Source of the DNA: Rhodobacterales bacterium
GTDB lineage: Bacteria; Pseudomonadota; Alphaproteobacteria; Rhodobacterales; CAZPXZ01
Length of the DNA: 64,000 nucleotides
NCBI GenBank assembly: GCA_965222665.1
Contig: CBDCUM010000010.1
Coordinates: forward strand, 1,640,853 to 1,704,852
Direction of reading: 5' to 3'
Positions 32,244 to 43,606 of this stretch are shown here, piece by piece; the first letter of the stretch is position 1, and each line of letters starts with the position of its first letter. Below the pieces are notes generated by a model. The model was given only the letters and a program-made list of their open reading frames with translations. It made no database searches and had not been told where the DNA came from. The position numbers and the translations under genes were made by a program.

Positions 32244-34226
32244 CTATTGGGGTATCGCCCCGGAGGTGTCGCTGCCAACCGCATCCGGCAGACCGGAGTT
32301 GATGGCGGCCAGAAACGGTCGCGCAAACTGTCTCAGCTTGGCCGCACCGACACCGTTGACTTCGGCGAATTCAGACTCGGTGCGCGGGCGGCGGCGCGCC
32401 ATGTCGATCAGGGTTCGGTCCGGAAAAATCACGTAGGCCGGCACGCCGCGCGCTCTTGCCAATTCCAGCCGCAATGCCTTGAGATCGTTCAGCAGCACGG
32501 TCTCGCCGTCGCTCAAAGTCGGTTCAGCCCGGTCGCCGCTCGGCGCCCGAGACTTCCGCGCCGGCGCCGGCTTCCGCGCGACCGCGGTATCCTCACGGTA
32601 CAGGAACTCGCCCTCGCCCCGCAGCATCGCACGGCCCATGTCCGTGACTTCGATCCCTCCGTAGCCTGCGATGTCGAGCCGGAGGTATCCGGTCGCGACC
32701 ATCTGGCGGATGAGCGAGCGCCACTCGTTCTTGCCCCGGCCAGCACCCGCCCCAAAGATCGGCAGGCGGTGATGGCCGGTTCGCGTAATCTTCTCCGTCT
32801 CCGTCCCCCTCAGGATGTCGATCAGGTGCGCCGCGCCGAAACGCTCCCCGGACTGGCTGGCTGCGGACAGGACCTTCCGGGCATCCCCGGTTCCATCGAT
32901 GTGCCCCCGCGGATCGAGGCAGACATCGCAGTTGCCGCAAGTCTCGATGCGCTCCCCGAAATAGTCGAGCAGCGCCACCCGCCGGCAGGCCGGCGCCTCG
33001 CAGTAGCCGAGCAGCGCATCGAGCCGCTTGTGCTCCCGGCGCTTGCGTTCGGGACCCGCATCCTCTTGGTCGATGAACTGGCGGCGCATCCGGATGTCGG
33101 AGAGGCCGTAGATCATGTGCGCATCCGCGGGCTTGCCATCGCGCCCGGCCCGGCCGATCTCCTGGTTGTATGCCTCGACGCTGCCGGGCAGATCCGCGTG
33201 AAACACAAAGCGCACATCCGCCTTGTCGATCCCCATGCCAAAGGCGATCGTGGCGACGATGACAACGCCGGGCTCGGTCATGAAGACGTTCTGGTGGTCC
33301 TCCCGGTCCGCCGTCTCCATGCCTGCGTGATAGGGTAGCGCGCGGACACCCTCCGCCTGGAGCAATGAGGCGGTCTCCTCCGTCTTCCGGCGCGACAGGC
33401 AGTAGACGATGCCGCTCTCGCCATCATGGCGGGCAATGAAGTCCCGCAGCTGTCGTTTCCATTCCCGCTTCATCTTCACCGTCAAGCGGATGTTGCGGCG
33501 GTCAAAGCCGAGCACGAACTGCTCGACATTGCCGCTGAACAGCTTGTCGACAATATCGGCCCGGGTCACCTCGTCGGCAGTTGCCGTCAACGCCACGATC
33601 GGTACCCCCGGGAAGAGATCCCGAAGTCGGCAAAGGTCGGCGTATTCCGGCCGGAAAGCCGGTCCCCATTGAGAGATGCAATGCGCCTCGTCGATCGCGA
33701 AGAGCTTCACCGGCAATCGATTCAATGCTGCAATCATGCGCTCGGTCATGAGCCGCTCCGGGGCCATGTAGAGAAGCCGGGTGTGGCCCGCCGCGGCGCG
33801 CTTCCACGCAGCGACGTTCCGGGCCCGGCCATTGCCGGAGTTGATGCTGTCCGCCGCGACTCCCGCGAGCCTCAGTGCCGCCACCTGATCCTTCATCAGC
33901 GCAACCAGCGGCGAAACCACCACGGTCAGGCCGTTCATGAGCAGGGCCGGAACCTGGAAGCACAGCGACTTGCCGGATCCCGTCGGCATCACGGTCAGCG
34001 CATTCTGCCCTGCCAGGAGCGCCTCGATGGCATCCTCCTGGCCCGGGCGAAACTCGTCGAACCCGAACACTTCGCGGAGAACCCGACGCGCGGCTGCGGT
34101 CTGGGCTCCTTCCCGGCCACATATTTGCGACGCGTCACCCGCCGGCGATGTGGGCGCCCCATCCCTTGTCACTGGCACGAACGTCACGGCGAGAGCTGCC
34201 GGTTTTCCATGCGGCCGCGCCAACAA
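32244..34226 (-). CDS. recQ: ATP-dependent DNA helicase RecQ (start uncertain)
   Basis: FRPGQ, MPTGSGKS, DEAHCISQWG, ATIAFGMGIDK, QEIGRAGRDG, RQC and HRDC domains. Confidence 0.96.
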   Translation of the reverse strand: MLARPHGKPAALAVTFVPVTRDGAPTSPAGDASQICGREGAQTAAARRVLREVFGFDEFRPGQEDAIEALLAGQNALTVMPTGSGKSLCFQVPALLMNGLTVVVSPLVALMKDQVAALRLAGVAADSINSGNGRARNVAAWKRAAAGHTRLLYMAPERLMTERMIAALNRLPVKLFAIDEAHCISQWGPAFRPEYADLCRLRDLFPGVPIVALTATADEVTRADIVDKLFSGNVEQFVLGFDRRNIRLTVKMKREWKRQLRDFIARHDGESGIVYCLSRRKTEETASLLQAEGVRALPYHAGMETADREDHQNVFMTEPGVVIVATIAFGMGIDKADVRFVFHADLPGSVEAYNQEIGRAGRDGKPADAHMIYGLSDIRMRRQFIDQEDAGPERKRREHKRLDALLGYCEAPACRRVALLDYFGERIETCGNCDVCLDPRGHIDGTGDARKVLSAASQSGERFGAAHLIDILRGTETEKITRTGHHRLPIFGAGAGRGKNEWRSLIRQMVATGYLRLDIAGYGGIEVTDMGRAMLRGEGEFLYREDTAVARKPAPARKSRAPSGDRAEPTLSDGETVLLNDLKALRLELARARGVPAYVIFPDRTLIDMARRRPRTESEFAEVNGVGAAKLRQFARPFLAAINSGLPDAVGSDTSGAIPQ

Positions 34227-35277
34227 CCATGCGCCGCGCCGCCTGACGGCGCCATGAACCTTCCGGGCATCCGGACCCCCCGTTTGACCGAGCGCCGTCT
34301 ACGACCGCCCTGATTCCGGGGAATCACGGAGCTGGAATCATGGACCTGGCGACAGTTCCAGCAACATTGACCGGGCAGGGCAAGAATACTTGTTAGCATG
34401 AATCTCCTCGCGCATCGATCCAAGCGAAAGAGTCCAGCCTCTTTCAACCCGCCCGGGTACCTTCACACCACAATGCGAAGACCCGATTGAGAGCCTGTAA
34501 CTATTTGAGCAGCCAACCGACGCGAGGACTTTCGGCATCACGGCGCAGCCCATCGGTCCATTTCTGGACACATTCCCGTTCGAATGGGCTGCGGTGGATC
34601 CAAGGTGGCGGTGTAGACATCATTTGCCGACAGCCGCGACTGCCTGGCACGGCCTGCATCCCGCAGTCCAACGCGCACCGGACAAAGGAATCGCAGAATC
34701 GCGACCTCGAAACGGGGTTCGTCCGGGCTCGCGCTGTCGCGGATGCCCGCCAAATCGGATCAGGCGATTGCGTCCGGCAGTTGGGCCCGCGACCTCGCCA
34801 AACGCCACCGCACGTTCGATTTCGGGATATCGTAGCCAGGCAGAGCAATGCAGTTCCCGGTGCAGTCGACTGCCGGATCCGGCGGATATACGAACACGTA
34901 GCGCAACTCCATCCGATTGCCGATCCCCAGTCAGCCTGGATGAAGCCAAGCGTGATGATGCCGGCGGTCGTTTTCTCCAACACCGGCGTCCTGCCTGTGC
35001 CGACGGCCACCGCTGCCGGCGTTGTAACCGTCTTCGGGAAGCTCGCGCCTGGCGCTGCCGCAACCTCCCTTTGGGGTGGTTGACGTTCTGTCAGGTTCAG
35101 ACATCTGCGTCCAGGAAACCCTCGCGGTAAATTGCCTCGATTCGCGTGACTTCCTCATCAGTAACTACTCACTCCCTCCTGCGTCTGGCTTGAGTTCGGG
35201 GTGACTGTCGACGAGCCTCCCGGGAGGTGATTGAGCGGGGTGGTGTCTGGTTGCGGATCGCTGAAGGCGACGGGAGG

Positions 35278-35306
35278 TTGACACTCCAGCGAAATCTGAC
35301 TATGAG
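35278..35306 (+). promoter_or_regulatory. Putative sigma70 promoter for the MTase-transposase operon
   Basis: TTGACA-17 bp-TATGAG; similar in copy B (TTGACA at 47511, TAAGAG). Confidence 0.5.
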
Positions 35307-35334
35307 TGGTCATCGCTGTTGACGGGGACCACCG

Positions 35335-35994
35335 ATGGGGTGTTTCGGATCCAAGGCGACGACCGGGCTTTGTCAGGCGCTACTGGGGCTCCAGCCTCCC
35401 CACGATCTGTATATAGAGACGCATCTCGGAGGCGGTGCCCTGATGCGGCGCAAGGCCCCGGCGATGCGCAGCATCGGGATTGACCGCGATCAACGCGCGC
35501 TTGACGGGTTCAGGTGCGACTACCCGGTGGAGCTGGTACAGGGCTGTGCCCACGAGTTCCTGGCCAGCTTCCCGTTGCGGGGTACGGAACTGGTCTACAG
35601 CGATCCGCCGTATCTGCATGCGACCCGTCGGTCGGACCGGCGGTACCGCTACGAGTATACGGATGCCGACCACGCAACCCTTCTTGATCTGCTCACGGGC
35701 CTGCCGTGCCAGGTGATGGTTTCGGGACACCCCTCGGCGCTGTATGACGAGATGCTGTCGGACTGGCGCCGGGTCGCACTACAGGTGACCACCCAGGCCC
35801 AGGTCCGCACCGAGGTGGTCTGGTTCAACTTCACGCCCGAGCGGATGCACTGGGCCAGCCATGCCGGCCGGAACGCCACCGACCGTCAGCGCATCAAGCG
35901 CAAGGCGACCCGCTGGGCACAAGGCTACAAGAACCTGCCGGCGGGTGAACGTCTCGCGGTGATCTCGGCGATCATGGCGGTCGAGGCCGAGTGA
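35335..35994 (+). CDS. DNA adenine methyltransferase (small Dam/D12-like)
   Basis: FGSK, ETHLGGGA (motif I), IGID, VYSDPPY, VMVSG. Confidence 0.88.
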   Translation: MGCFGSKATTGLCQALLGLQPPHDLYIETHLGGGALMRRKAPAMRSIGIDRDQRALDGFRCDYPVELVQGCAHEFLASFPLRGTELVYSDPPYLHATRRSDRRYRYEYTDADHATLLDLLTGLPCQVMVSGHPSALYDEMLSDWRRVALQVTTQAQVRTEVVWFNFTPERMHWASHAGRNATDRQRIKRKATRWAQGYKNLPAGERLAVISAIMAVEAE

Positions 35995-37460
35995 TGGCGC
36001 GGATCAACCCGGCCTCGCTGCGCGCGCAGCTGGACGACTGCCGAGCCCGGTTCGATGCCATCAAGCAGAAGGGCGAGGCAAGCGCGGACACCCTCGCGCT
36101 GATCAATGCCCTGTTCATGCTGGTGGATATCGTGGTGGCGGTGTTCCTCGAGAAGACAACACCAAAGACCTCGCGCAACTCCAGTCTGCCGAGTTCACGG
36201 GACGGCACCGACAGCGAGACCCACACCGCGGGCAGGTCCGGATCCCGGAGCCGCGGACCGAAGGCACGCCACGCACGCTCCGACACCCTGCGCACGGTCA
36301 CCACGACGCACACCAGCCCGGTCACCGAGTGCCGGCAGTGTGGCCACGACTTGACCGGGACCGCGTGCACCGGACACGAGCAGCGCATCGAGGTCGACAT
36401 CGTCTTCGAGACCGTCGAACGTCGGGTCACCGCCGAGATCAAGGCCTGTCCGCGCTGCCAATCCCGGACCAAGGGCCGCTTCCCCGACACCATGCCCGGT
36501 CCTCTGCAGTACGGACCCGGGATCGTCGCCTATGTCGTGCACCTGCTCTGTGCCCAGATGGTCCCGCTCAAGCGGACGGCGGCCATGATCCAGGCGATGA
36601 CCGGACGGCTGCTCTCCGAGGCCACCCTGCTCGCCTTCGTCTGGCGCCTGCATCAGGCCCTGGAATCCTGGGAAGCTGCCGCCATCGACAAGCTCCTTGA
36701 CATGCCGGTGCTGCATGTCGACGAAACCTCGTTGCGCGTGGACCGCAAAAACTACTGGATCCATGTCTGTGCCGGCGGGCCCATCACCGTCAAGGGCCTG
36801 CACCGGAACCGCGGCTGTGAGGCGATCAACACCCTCGGGATCATCCCCCGATACGGGGGCCTCATCGTCCATGACTGCTGGAAACCCTATTTCACCTACA
36901 CCCAGTGCAAGCATCAACTCTGCGGCGCGCACCTGCTCAGGGAACTTCAGGCCGTGACCGACAGCAACGGCTATCCGTGGGCACGCAAAATGCACAAGCT
37001 GCTCCTCATCGCACGGCGACAGGTCATCCAACGCCCGCAACAGCGGCTGTCCATGCGCCACTACAAGCGCATCGCACGATGCTACAAGGCGATCCTCGAG
37101 CAGGGACGCACAGAGATGCCCGAAATCCCACCGCCAAAAAAAGGCCAACGCGGACCGGTCGCCAAGTCCGACGCCCATAACCTCCACCAACGCCTCGTCG
37201 TCCAGAGAAAAAACGTCCTGCGCTTTACCAGACGCGCCGACACTCCGTTCACAAATAATCGTGGCGAGCGCGACATACGTATGGCCAAGGTCAAGCAGAA
37301 GGTCTCCGGGTGCTTCCGAACCGTATCCTTCGCACACGCCTACTGTCGAATCTCGAGCTACCTCCAGACCATGGCGGCACTCGGATACAACCCCCTGGTC
37401 GCCATCAACATCGCCCTGCAGGGAAAGGCCGTCCACTGCCTCAACCAGGACACCGAATAG
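35991..37460 (+). CDS. IS66-family transposase
   Basis: SRNSSLPSS, CRQCG and CPRC zinc finger, HVDET, VHDCW, QLCGAHLLREL, TNNRGERDIR..KVKQKVSG. Confidence 0.95.
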   Translation: MMARINPASLRAQLDDCRARFDAIKQKGEASADTLALINALFMLVDIVVAVFLEKTTPKTSRNSSLPSSRDGTDSETHTAGRSGSRSRGPKARHARSDTLRTVTTTHTSPVTECRQCGHDLTGTACTGHEQRIEVDIVFETVERRVTAEIKACPRCQSRTKGRFPDTMPGPLQYGPGIVAYVVHLLCAQMVPLKRTAAMIQAMTGRLLSEATLLAFVWRLHQALESWEAAAIDKLLDMPVLHVDETSLRVDRKNYWIHVCAGGPITVKGLHRNRGCEAINTLGIIPRYGGLIVHDCWKPYFTYTQCKHQLCGAHLLRELQAVTDSNGYPWARKMHKLLLIARRQVIQRPQQRLSMRHYKRIARCYKAILEQGRTEMPEIPPPKKGQRGPVAKSDAHNLHQRLVVQRKNVLRFTRRADTPFTNNRGERDIRMAKVKQKVSGCFRTVSFAHAYCRISSYLQTMAALGYNPLVAINIALQGKAVHCLNQDTE

Positions 37461-39441
37461 CCACTCGAACCACCGGGTGAGCAGTTACCCTCATCATTCA
37501 GTTCCGCGAACTCCCTTTTCCGGCCGCGGCGCGACAGCTTGCCTCCGTTGTTGTGCAGGAACCGGAACAATAGATCGCACAGCCTCTCCGGCATATCGAC
37601 CATCAGGCTCAGCTCCGCACGGAACCGGTCATAGCGCCGCAGGAATGCGGATTCCTCAGGCAGGTCGCGTTCGACAGTGTGCTGGACGCATCCATAGAGA
37701 AACTCGGTTTGCGGTGTCGCGTCAAAGAACCGGTAGAGGTCTCCGGTATCGTTCTGCACGCGGACATTGCCGTTATCGGTCGGTTCCCAATCCACCACGG
37801 GCAGCAGTCGCCGCGAATAGTCTTCGAGTACAGCGCGATAGTCGTCAATCCGTTCCAGAATTGCCGACGATACGGGGAAGACGACACCTGGTGGATTGAA
37901 GCCTCGCCTGGCAAGGACATGGTGAATGAGGTAGCGGTGAAGCCTGCCATTGCCGTCCTCGAACGGGTGGGTATTGACCAAGCCAAAGGCGAGAGTCGAA
38001 GCTGCCACAACCGGGTCAAGTTGCGGAGCTGTCCGCTTGTCAAACGAAATCATGCCCTTCACCAGCCCTGCCAAGTCGTCAGGCCGAGCGCTGATATGGA
38101 CCGGAATCGGCATGCGAGTTTGGCGATCCCTTTCGCCAACGAAACCGCCCTCCGTGCGTAGACCGAGGCGCACGAAGCGGGCATCACCAATCATGATACG
38201 CTGCAGGCGCAACAATTCGTCGAGATCGATGGGCGGTTGACCTGCCAGTCCGATGGCTCGGCCCCATCGTTGGATTCTGTCCTGCGGCGGATGCTCGCCT
38301 TCGATGGCAAAGCTCGACCTCGAATCCTTGTGCAGCAGGACGATTGCTGTCCGCACCAACAGGTCTCTCGGGATTGCACCACTCGTTTCCTGCGCGCGCG
38401 CCTGCAAGTCCATCGCAACAAATCGCTCCATCGCATCAGTGCGAAAGACCAGCGGACAGAATTCTGGCGTACCCGGCAGGTTGTTCTTCACTCGGTGCCG
38501 CGGCGAGACTTCCGGGCGGGCTGCAAACTGGCGGTCCGGATCAAGGACGGTCGGATAGGCTCCGCGATCAGCATTCGGAAGATTAAGCCGCCGTCCGGCC
38601 AACCACTCATAGAGAAACCAGATACGCCTGGCACAGGCGCCCGTCGGCTTGGCCTTGACGAGTTCTTCGATCGGTGCGGATCCGGTCGCGAGAAACAGGC
38701 ACTTGAGGATCGCGAGATCGAGCCCCTCATACTTCAGGGCGAAGGTGAGGTGGGCCTCAAGACTGCCGCTGGGCGCATGTCGAGGCGAATTGATCCGCCA
38801 GCCGTGTTCCTCAAGCAGCTTGTGCCGTTCCCTTGTAGCGCACAGGATACGCGGTAGTGGCGCACGCAGCCCGTACGCGTCGATCAACGCAGCGTATCCG
38901 GACGGAGTGGCGGACACCGGCAGCCTTCGTTCCTGAAAAACGGTAACAGGCCCTGAAAAAAAACGATTCCGGTCAGGGATGTTCGTATCTGAACCTCTTA
39001 CTCGACTGACGCATCGCGAACGTTGCGGCATATCCATGAAAAAGAGTACTTCGGCGCGAATAGCGATAACGCTATCCCTCTTTGATGAAAAGCGATAACT
39101 GTCGGAGGCCCCAAGCGATCGAACTGCCAGGAAGGAGAATGCGTTTTCCTCTAGCGGCAGCGACGGTTGGCTGGTCTGTGCAAGAGCTCGCCGCCAATGC
39201 CGGATTCCTGACTACGGTGGTTTGATCCAGATATTTCTCGGGGGCGCGGGATATCGAAGTGCTTGACGGTGAACTTGTACAATCGACATTTGGGTCCTGA
39301 GTTTCAATTCAACTCGTGTGACTCCGGACGGCGTGAAGTGTCATCAATAGGATTCTTGTATGTTCGTCAATGTATTACACCACGCTGCGTTGCCAATCGT
39401 AGCCCACGGACATCGTCAAGTCCGATGTATTTGCCGTAAGT

Positions 39442-39816
39442 GTGTCCTGTTTGCCAATCGTTGGCCACGCCGACCTACTCCCCACGACGGTCAACCGCGT
39501 CCCTCGTATCTCCGAGCGGTCCATCGACGCCACCAGACCCGTTGGGACCGATGCCGTCCGCCGGGATGGGGAGCTTGCTGGCTTCGGGCTGCGCGTACGT
39601 CAGCCGGGACGCAAGGTGTATGGCGTGCAGAACTGTGTTGCCGGACAGCTCCGCTGGTTCACGATCGGTGCCCATGGACCGATATCTCCGGATCAGGCAG
39701 GGGGGAGGCTTCGGAGATCCTGGCCCTCGCCAAGATCGGTACCGATCCCCCGTTGCCGGACAATCCTGGCTTGGGTGCCGGTTGAACACCAGTGCGGAAA
39801 GCAGCATGGATGGTAG
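39442..39816 (+). pseudogene. Integrase arm-type DNA-binding (DUF4102-like) N-terminal remnant
   Basis: DGELAGFGLRV...GRKVY...FTIGAHGPISPDQA. Confidence 0.7.
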
Positions 39817-40301
39817 TGTATTCCTCGCGCGACACGGTCTCTCGACCCCGGCGTTGCTGTGGCTGCCGGCGGGGATCGTCGCGACGGAGGACGGCGGGAC
39901 GGCGGGACGGCGGCGGAGCCCGGCGCATGGTTCGCCATGGCGCTGCAATCGGTTCCTGCGCTGACCGTCGCCGCCCCCTGCGGCCTGCCGCTAGCGCTGG
40001 GGTGCTGGCGGCCGTGGCGGCCGGGTCACCGGGCGGCCGCCTGGGTTTCGTGCGTGGCACTCATCGCGGTCACCGAGACGGAGGCGCTGGTCGGCGACGG
40101 GCACGTCGTCAAGCGCGTCGAGCCCGCCCACGAGCCCGGCGCCCCGAAGCTGCGTGCTCTCGGCCAATCCCGCCTGTCCGCCCCATACGTACCTCGCCGC
40201 CGACGTCCACATCCTCAGGACGGTGCTCTGGAAGGTCATCCGGGCGTAGGGCGCAACGCGCCTCGGGCGCGAGACCAGGTCCTGGACCGCGCCACCGCCG
40301 C

Positions 40302-42300
40302 CTACCAGGTCACGCCGACCCGCAAGCCCACCCCGTGCTCGGCCTCGTTGTCGTTCGCGCTCTCGCGCCGCGTTGCCTCGAGCCCGAGCTCGAACGACGT
40401 CCCGCCGCCGGAGCACAGCCCAAGCTGCCAGCCGAGGCGGTAGTCGCGGCCCGTGCCGGAGAGCCCGATGCCGTGTTCCGGCGTGCCCGTGAAGCGCCCG
40501 CCGAACATCGCAATGCCATAGCCCGCGGTCAACTGCACTTGCCGGGTGTCGCTGTCGTCGTTCGCCCCGAGCCCGCTCAGGGTCTCGCGGCCCATCAGCG
40601 CGTTCACCCCGCCCGTCGACGCAACCCCCAGGGTCTGGTTCAGGCTCATCGTGAGCCCGCGGTCCGTCGACGGAAGCGGGTCGAAGCTGAGTGCAGCCGT
40701 GATGCCGCGCTCGCGGAATCCCGACTCCTCATGCGCCAACAGCGTGCGCGTCGCCGCTGTCATGGCGCACGCCCAGCGCCAACGACGGCGTCAGCGCCAC
40801 ATCGCCCGCGAGAACGAAGCGCCAGGAGCCGTCGAGCGCGAGCCGCAGCCGGGTTACGTCCGCCGAGGCAGCCGCAAGACCGGCCGTTCGCTCCGATTCC
40901 GTGCGCACGAACATCCCGTCGCTCACCAGCGACAGCGCCGGGCCACCGGCATCGCCCGGCGGCTCCAGCAGCGCGCCCCGCGCGGCGGCCGCCCCCATCG
41001 CGAGCGACAGGTCCGCCTGCATCGGCGCCTGGTTCTTGCCCGCTTCGTTCTTCGGCGTCAGCGTCAGCGTGCCCTCGCCGTAGCCCGAGGCGCCCCACAC
41101 CGAGAGACGCTCGCTCACCGCGCAACGCGCCCAGGGATGCACACCCGTCAGCGTCGACGACACCGTGCGCTCGCCCAAACCCCGGTAGCTGCCCTCGCCC
41201 CGACTGTGCGAGGCGAACAGACCCATCAGCCAGCTCCCGCGCCCGTAGTCCGCACCGAGCAGGCCCGTGGTTACGGTGCCGTCGAGCGAGAGCTCCCCCT
41301 CGCGCCCGTCGAAGCCCGAGAGCGCCGCACGGCCCCAGAACCCCGCCGTGCCGCCGTCCGGGGTCTCCTCGGTCAGCGAGAGGGCCGAGCCGAGAACCAG
41401 CTCCCGACCGGTCACCGTGCGCGACCCGATGCGCCGCGCCTCGTCGCCATTGTCGCGGGTCTCGCCGTTCAGCCAGTCCGACAGCGCCTTCGCGCGGACC
41501 TCCGCCTCGCGCGCCTCCGCGTCCGTGGGCCGCGCGGCCGTGTCGCCGGAGAGGTTCGTGCCCGGCAGCGCCTGGCCGCCAGGCGTGGCGCTCAACCCCG
41601 CGCGGCGCCCTCATCCGCTCGGCCACTCCGTCCAGCACATGGCCCGCCACCGTGCGCCCGAAGCGCGCGATCCACGCATTCGGCATCGCATCGGTGTTGT
41701 TGATGGTCCCCGTCTCCTTGGCGTCGCAGAGCTTCACGCGCGTCGGGCTCTGGTTCGAGAGCGTCCGTGTCATCGCCTCCGAGCCCTCGTCATGCGCGTC
41801 GTCGAGCACCGGTACCGAGACCGTCTTCGTTGTCTCGCCCGCGTCGAAGGTGAACGTGTCGCTCGTGTTCGTGTAGTCCTCTCCCGCGCTCGCGGTTCCG
41901 TCCGCGGTCCCATATTTGACCGTCACCGTCGCGGGGAGCGCCCGGCTCAGCGTCACCGCGAAGTCGAGCACCGTGCCCGAGTCCTCGTCGACCTCTCCGC
42001 GTCGGCCACCGAGAGCGTGGCCGGGCCGGCAATCGTCGCCTGCAGCCCGCTCCCGGGCATCCGCCCATCGGATGTGCAGATCCCGGGCGTGCCCGCGCGG
42101 TCTGTCGTGGCGCGCAGCGCAAACGTCACATCGCCGAAGCCCGAGGGCTCGATTCGAAGTCCCCAGCCCGCGCAGTGTGCGATCTTCCGGTTCCGGGCGA
42201 TACAGCGCCAGGATGCCCATTGCCAGCCGGTCTGGCGGGCCATCCACTACTGCTTCGATCCTTGCTTCGGCCTGCGGGTCGAACTGATTTCCCGCCGCCC
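40302..42300 (-). pseudogene. Autotransporter-like surface protein (Calx-beta plus beta-barrel), truncated and frameshifted
   Basis: Three frames (40760..42487, 40729..41595, 40302..40763) each homologous to 54059..59740; ends VGLRVGVTW. Confidence 0.85.
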
Positions 42301-43606
42301 GTCGTCGTGCGGGGTCAATCCTTGCGTCCGTATGCCGGACGGACGCCCGTTGGCAATCCGGGAATGGATGACCCGGCCGGATGCAAACCTGACCGGCGGG
42401 GGACACGCCGGACCGCCCGACCTCCGGATTCCCCCCGGGCGGCGGGTTCACCGCGCCCGGGAGCGTCCTGCCGAACCGCTCGGCCAACCTCCTGAACCCT
42501 AGGCAGAACGGCCTCTACCGCCGCATCGGCGGCTACAACGCCGGATCCCGTCCCGCCGGCCGCACCGTCTCAAATCCGATCATCCCGACTCACCTCTCCT
42601 GCCGATCCCTCAGAACTGAGCCCTGAGCCGCAAGCCGACCTCGTGCGCCGGCGGGGTGTCCTCATGGGCGCTCTCGCGACGGCGCGCCTCGAAGGAAAGT
42701 TCGAGCGAGCCGTCGTCCGGTCCGGTCCCCGCGCCGCCGCGCACCAGCCGCCAGCCGAGGCCGTAGTCGCGCCCGGTGTCCGACAGTCCGAAACCGGCCT
42801 CCGGCGTCCAGGTAAAACGGTCGTCGAAGACGGACAGGCCGTAGCCGAGCTCCAGCTCCAGCCGGCGGCGCCCGAGGTCGTCATTGTCGCGGTTGTCGTT
42901 TGCTGCCAGCCCTTCCAGCGTGCCGCGCGCGAGCAGCGCATCGGCGCCGCCCGAGGACGAACCGCCGACCGTCTGGGAAATCGTCAGCTGCGCGCCCCGG
43001 TCCGAGGAGGGCCTCTCCTCCCAGGCGAGCGAGCCCGAGAAGCCGAGGTCGCGGAAGCCCTCCGACTCGTGGGCGAGCAGCCCCCGCCCGCGCAGCTCGA
43101 CCTTGAGGCCGCGCTCCGGGTTGCTCAGCGCAAGCCCGCCGCCCAGGTCGAAGCCGAAGCCGGTCTCGGCATCGCCGCCGTCATGGCGCACGCCAACCTC
43201 CAGGCTCGGCGTCAGCGCCGCCCCGCCGCCGAACCCGATCGTCCGGCTCGCCTCAAGGCCGAGGCGCAGTCGGGTCACGGTCGCCTGGGCCGGCACGAGA
43301 TTGACGCCGTAGGTGCCCCGCCCGCGTTCGGAGGTCGTCTGCACGACCATCGCGTCAGTCTTGCCCGAGAGCGTCAGGCCGTCGCCGCCACCGTCCAGCA
43401 TCGTCCCGCGCAGCCCGGCCACCGCCATCCGGAGGTCGAGGTCGGCGCGGCTCGCAGCACTGTCCTCGTCGGTCCCTGGCCTCACCGTGAGCTCGCCCGC
43501 GCCGTAACCGGCCGCGCCCCATGCCTCCAGCCGCTCCGAGAGCGCACGGCGCACCCACGGGAAGAGGCTGGTCAGCGTCGCCTCGACCTTGCCGCCCGTC
43601 CCGGAC

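Larger units (their letters stand above)
35161..37488 (+). mobile_element. IS66-family element carrying a DNA adenine methyltransferase (copy A, intact)
   Basis: TIRs GTAACTACTCA and TGAGCAGTTAC; 8-bp TSD CCTCATCA at 35153-35160 and 37489-37496. Confidence 0.95.
35097..39037 (-). pseudogene. Fic-family protein interrupted near its C-terminus by an IS66-like element
   Basis: HPFEDGNGRLHR; removing 35161-37496 restores ...LNDEEVTRIEAIYREGFLDADV stop at 35097. Confidence 0.88.

Noticed and set aside
34300-35090. Possible gene between recQ and fic
   Set aside because: Only short conflicting ORFs with no recognisable motif
39792-41876. 694-aa Arg/Pro/Ala-rich ORF
   Set aside because: Shadow frame opposite the autotransporter pseudogene, no motifs
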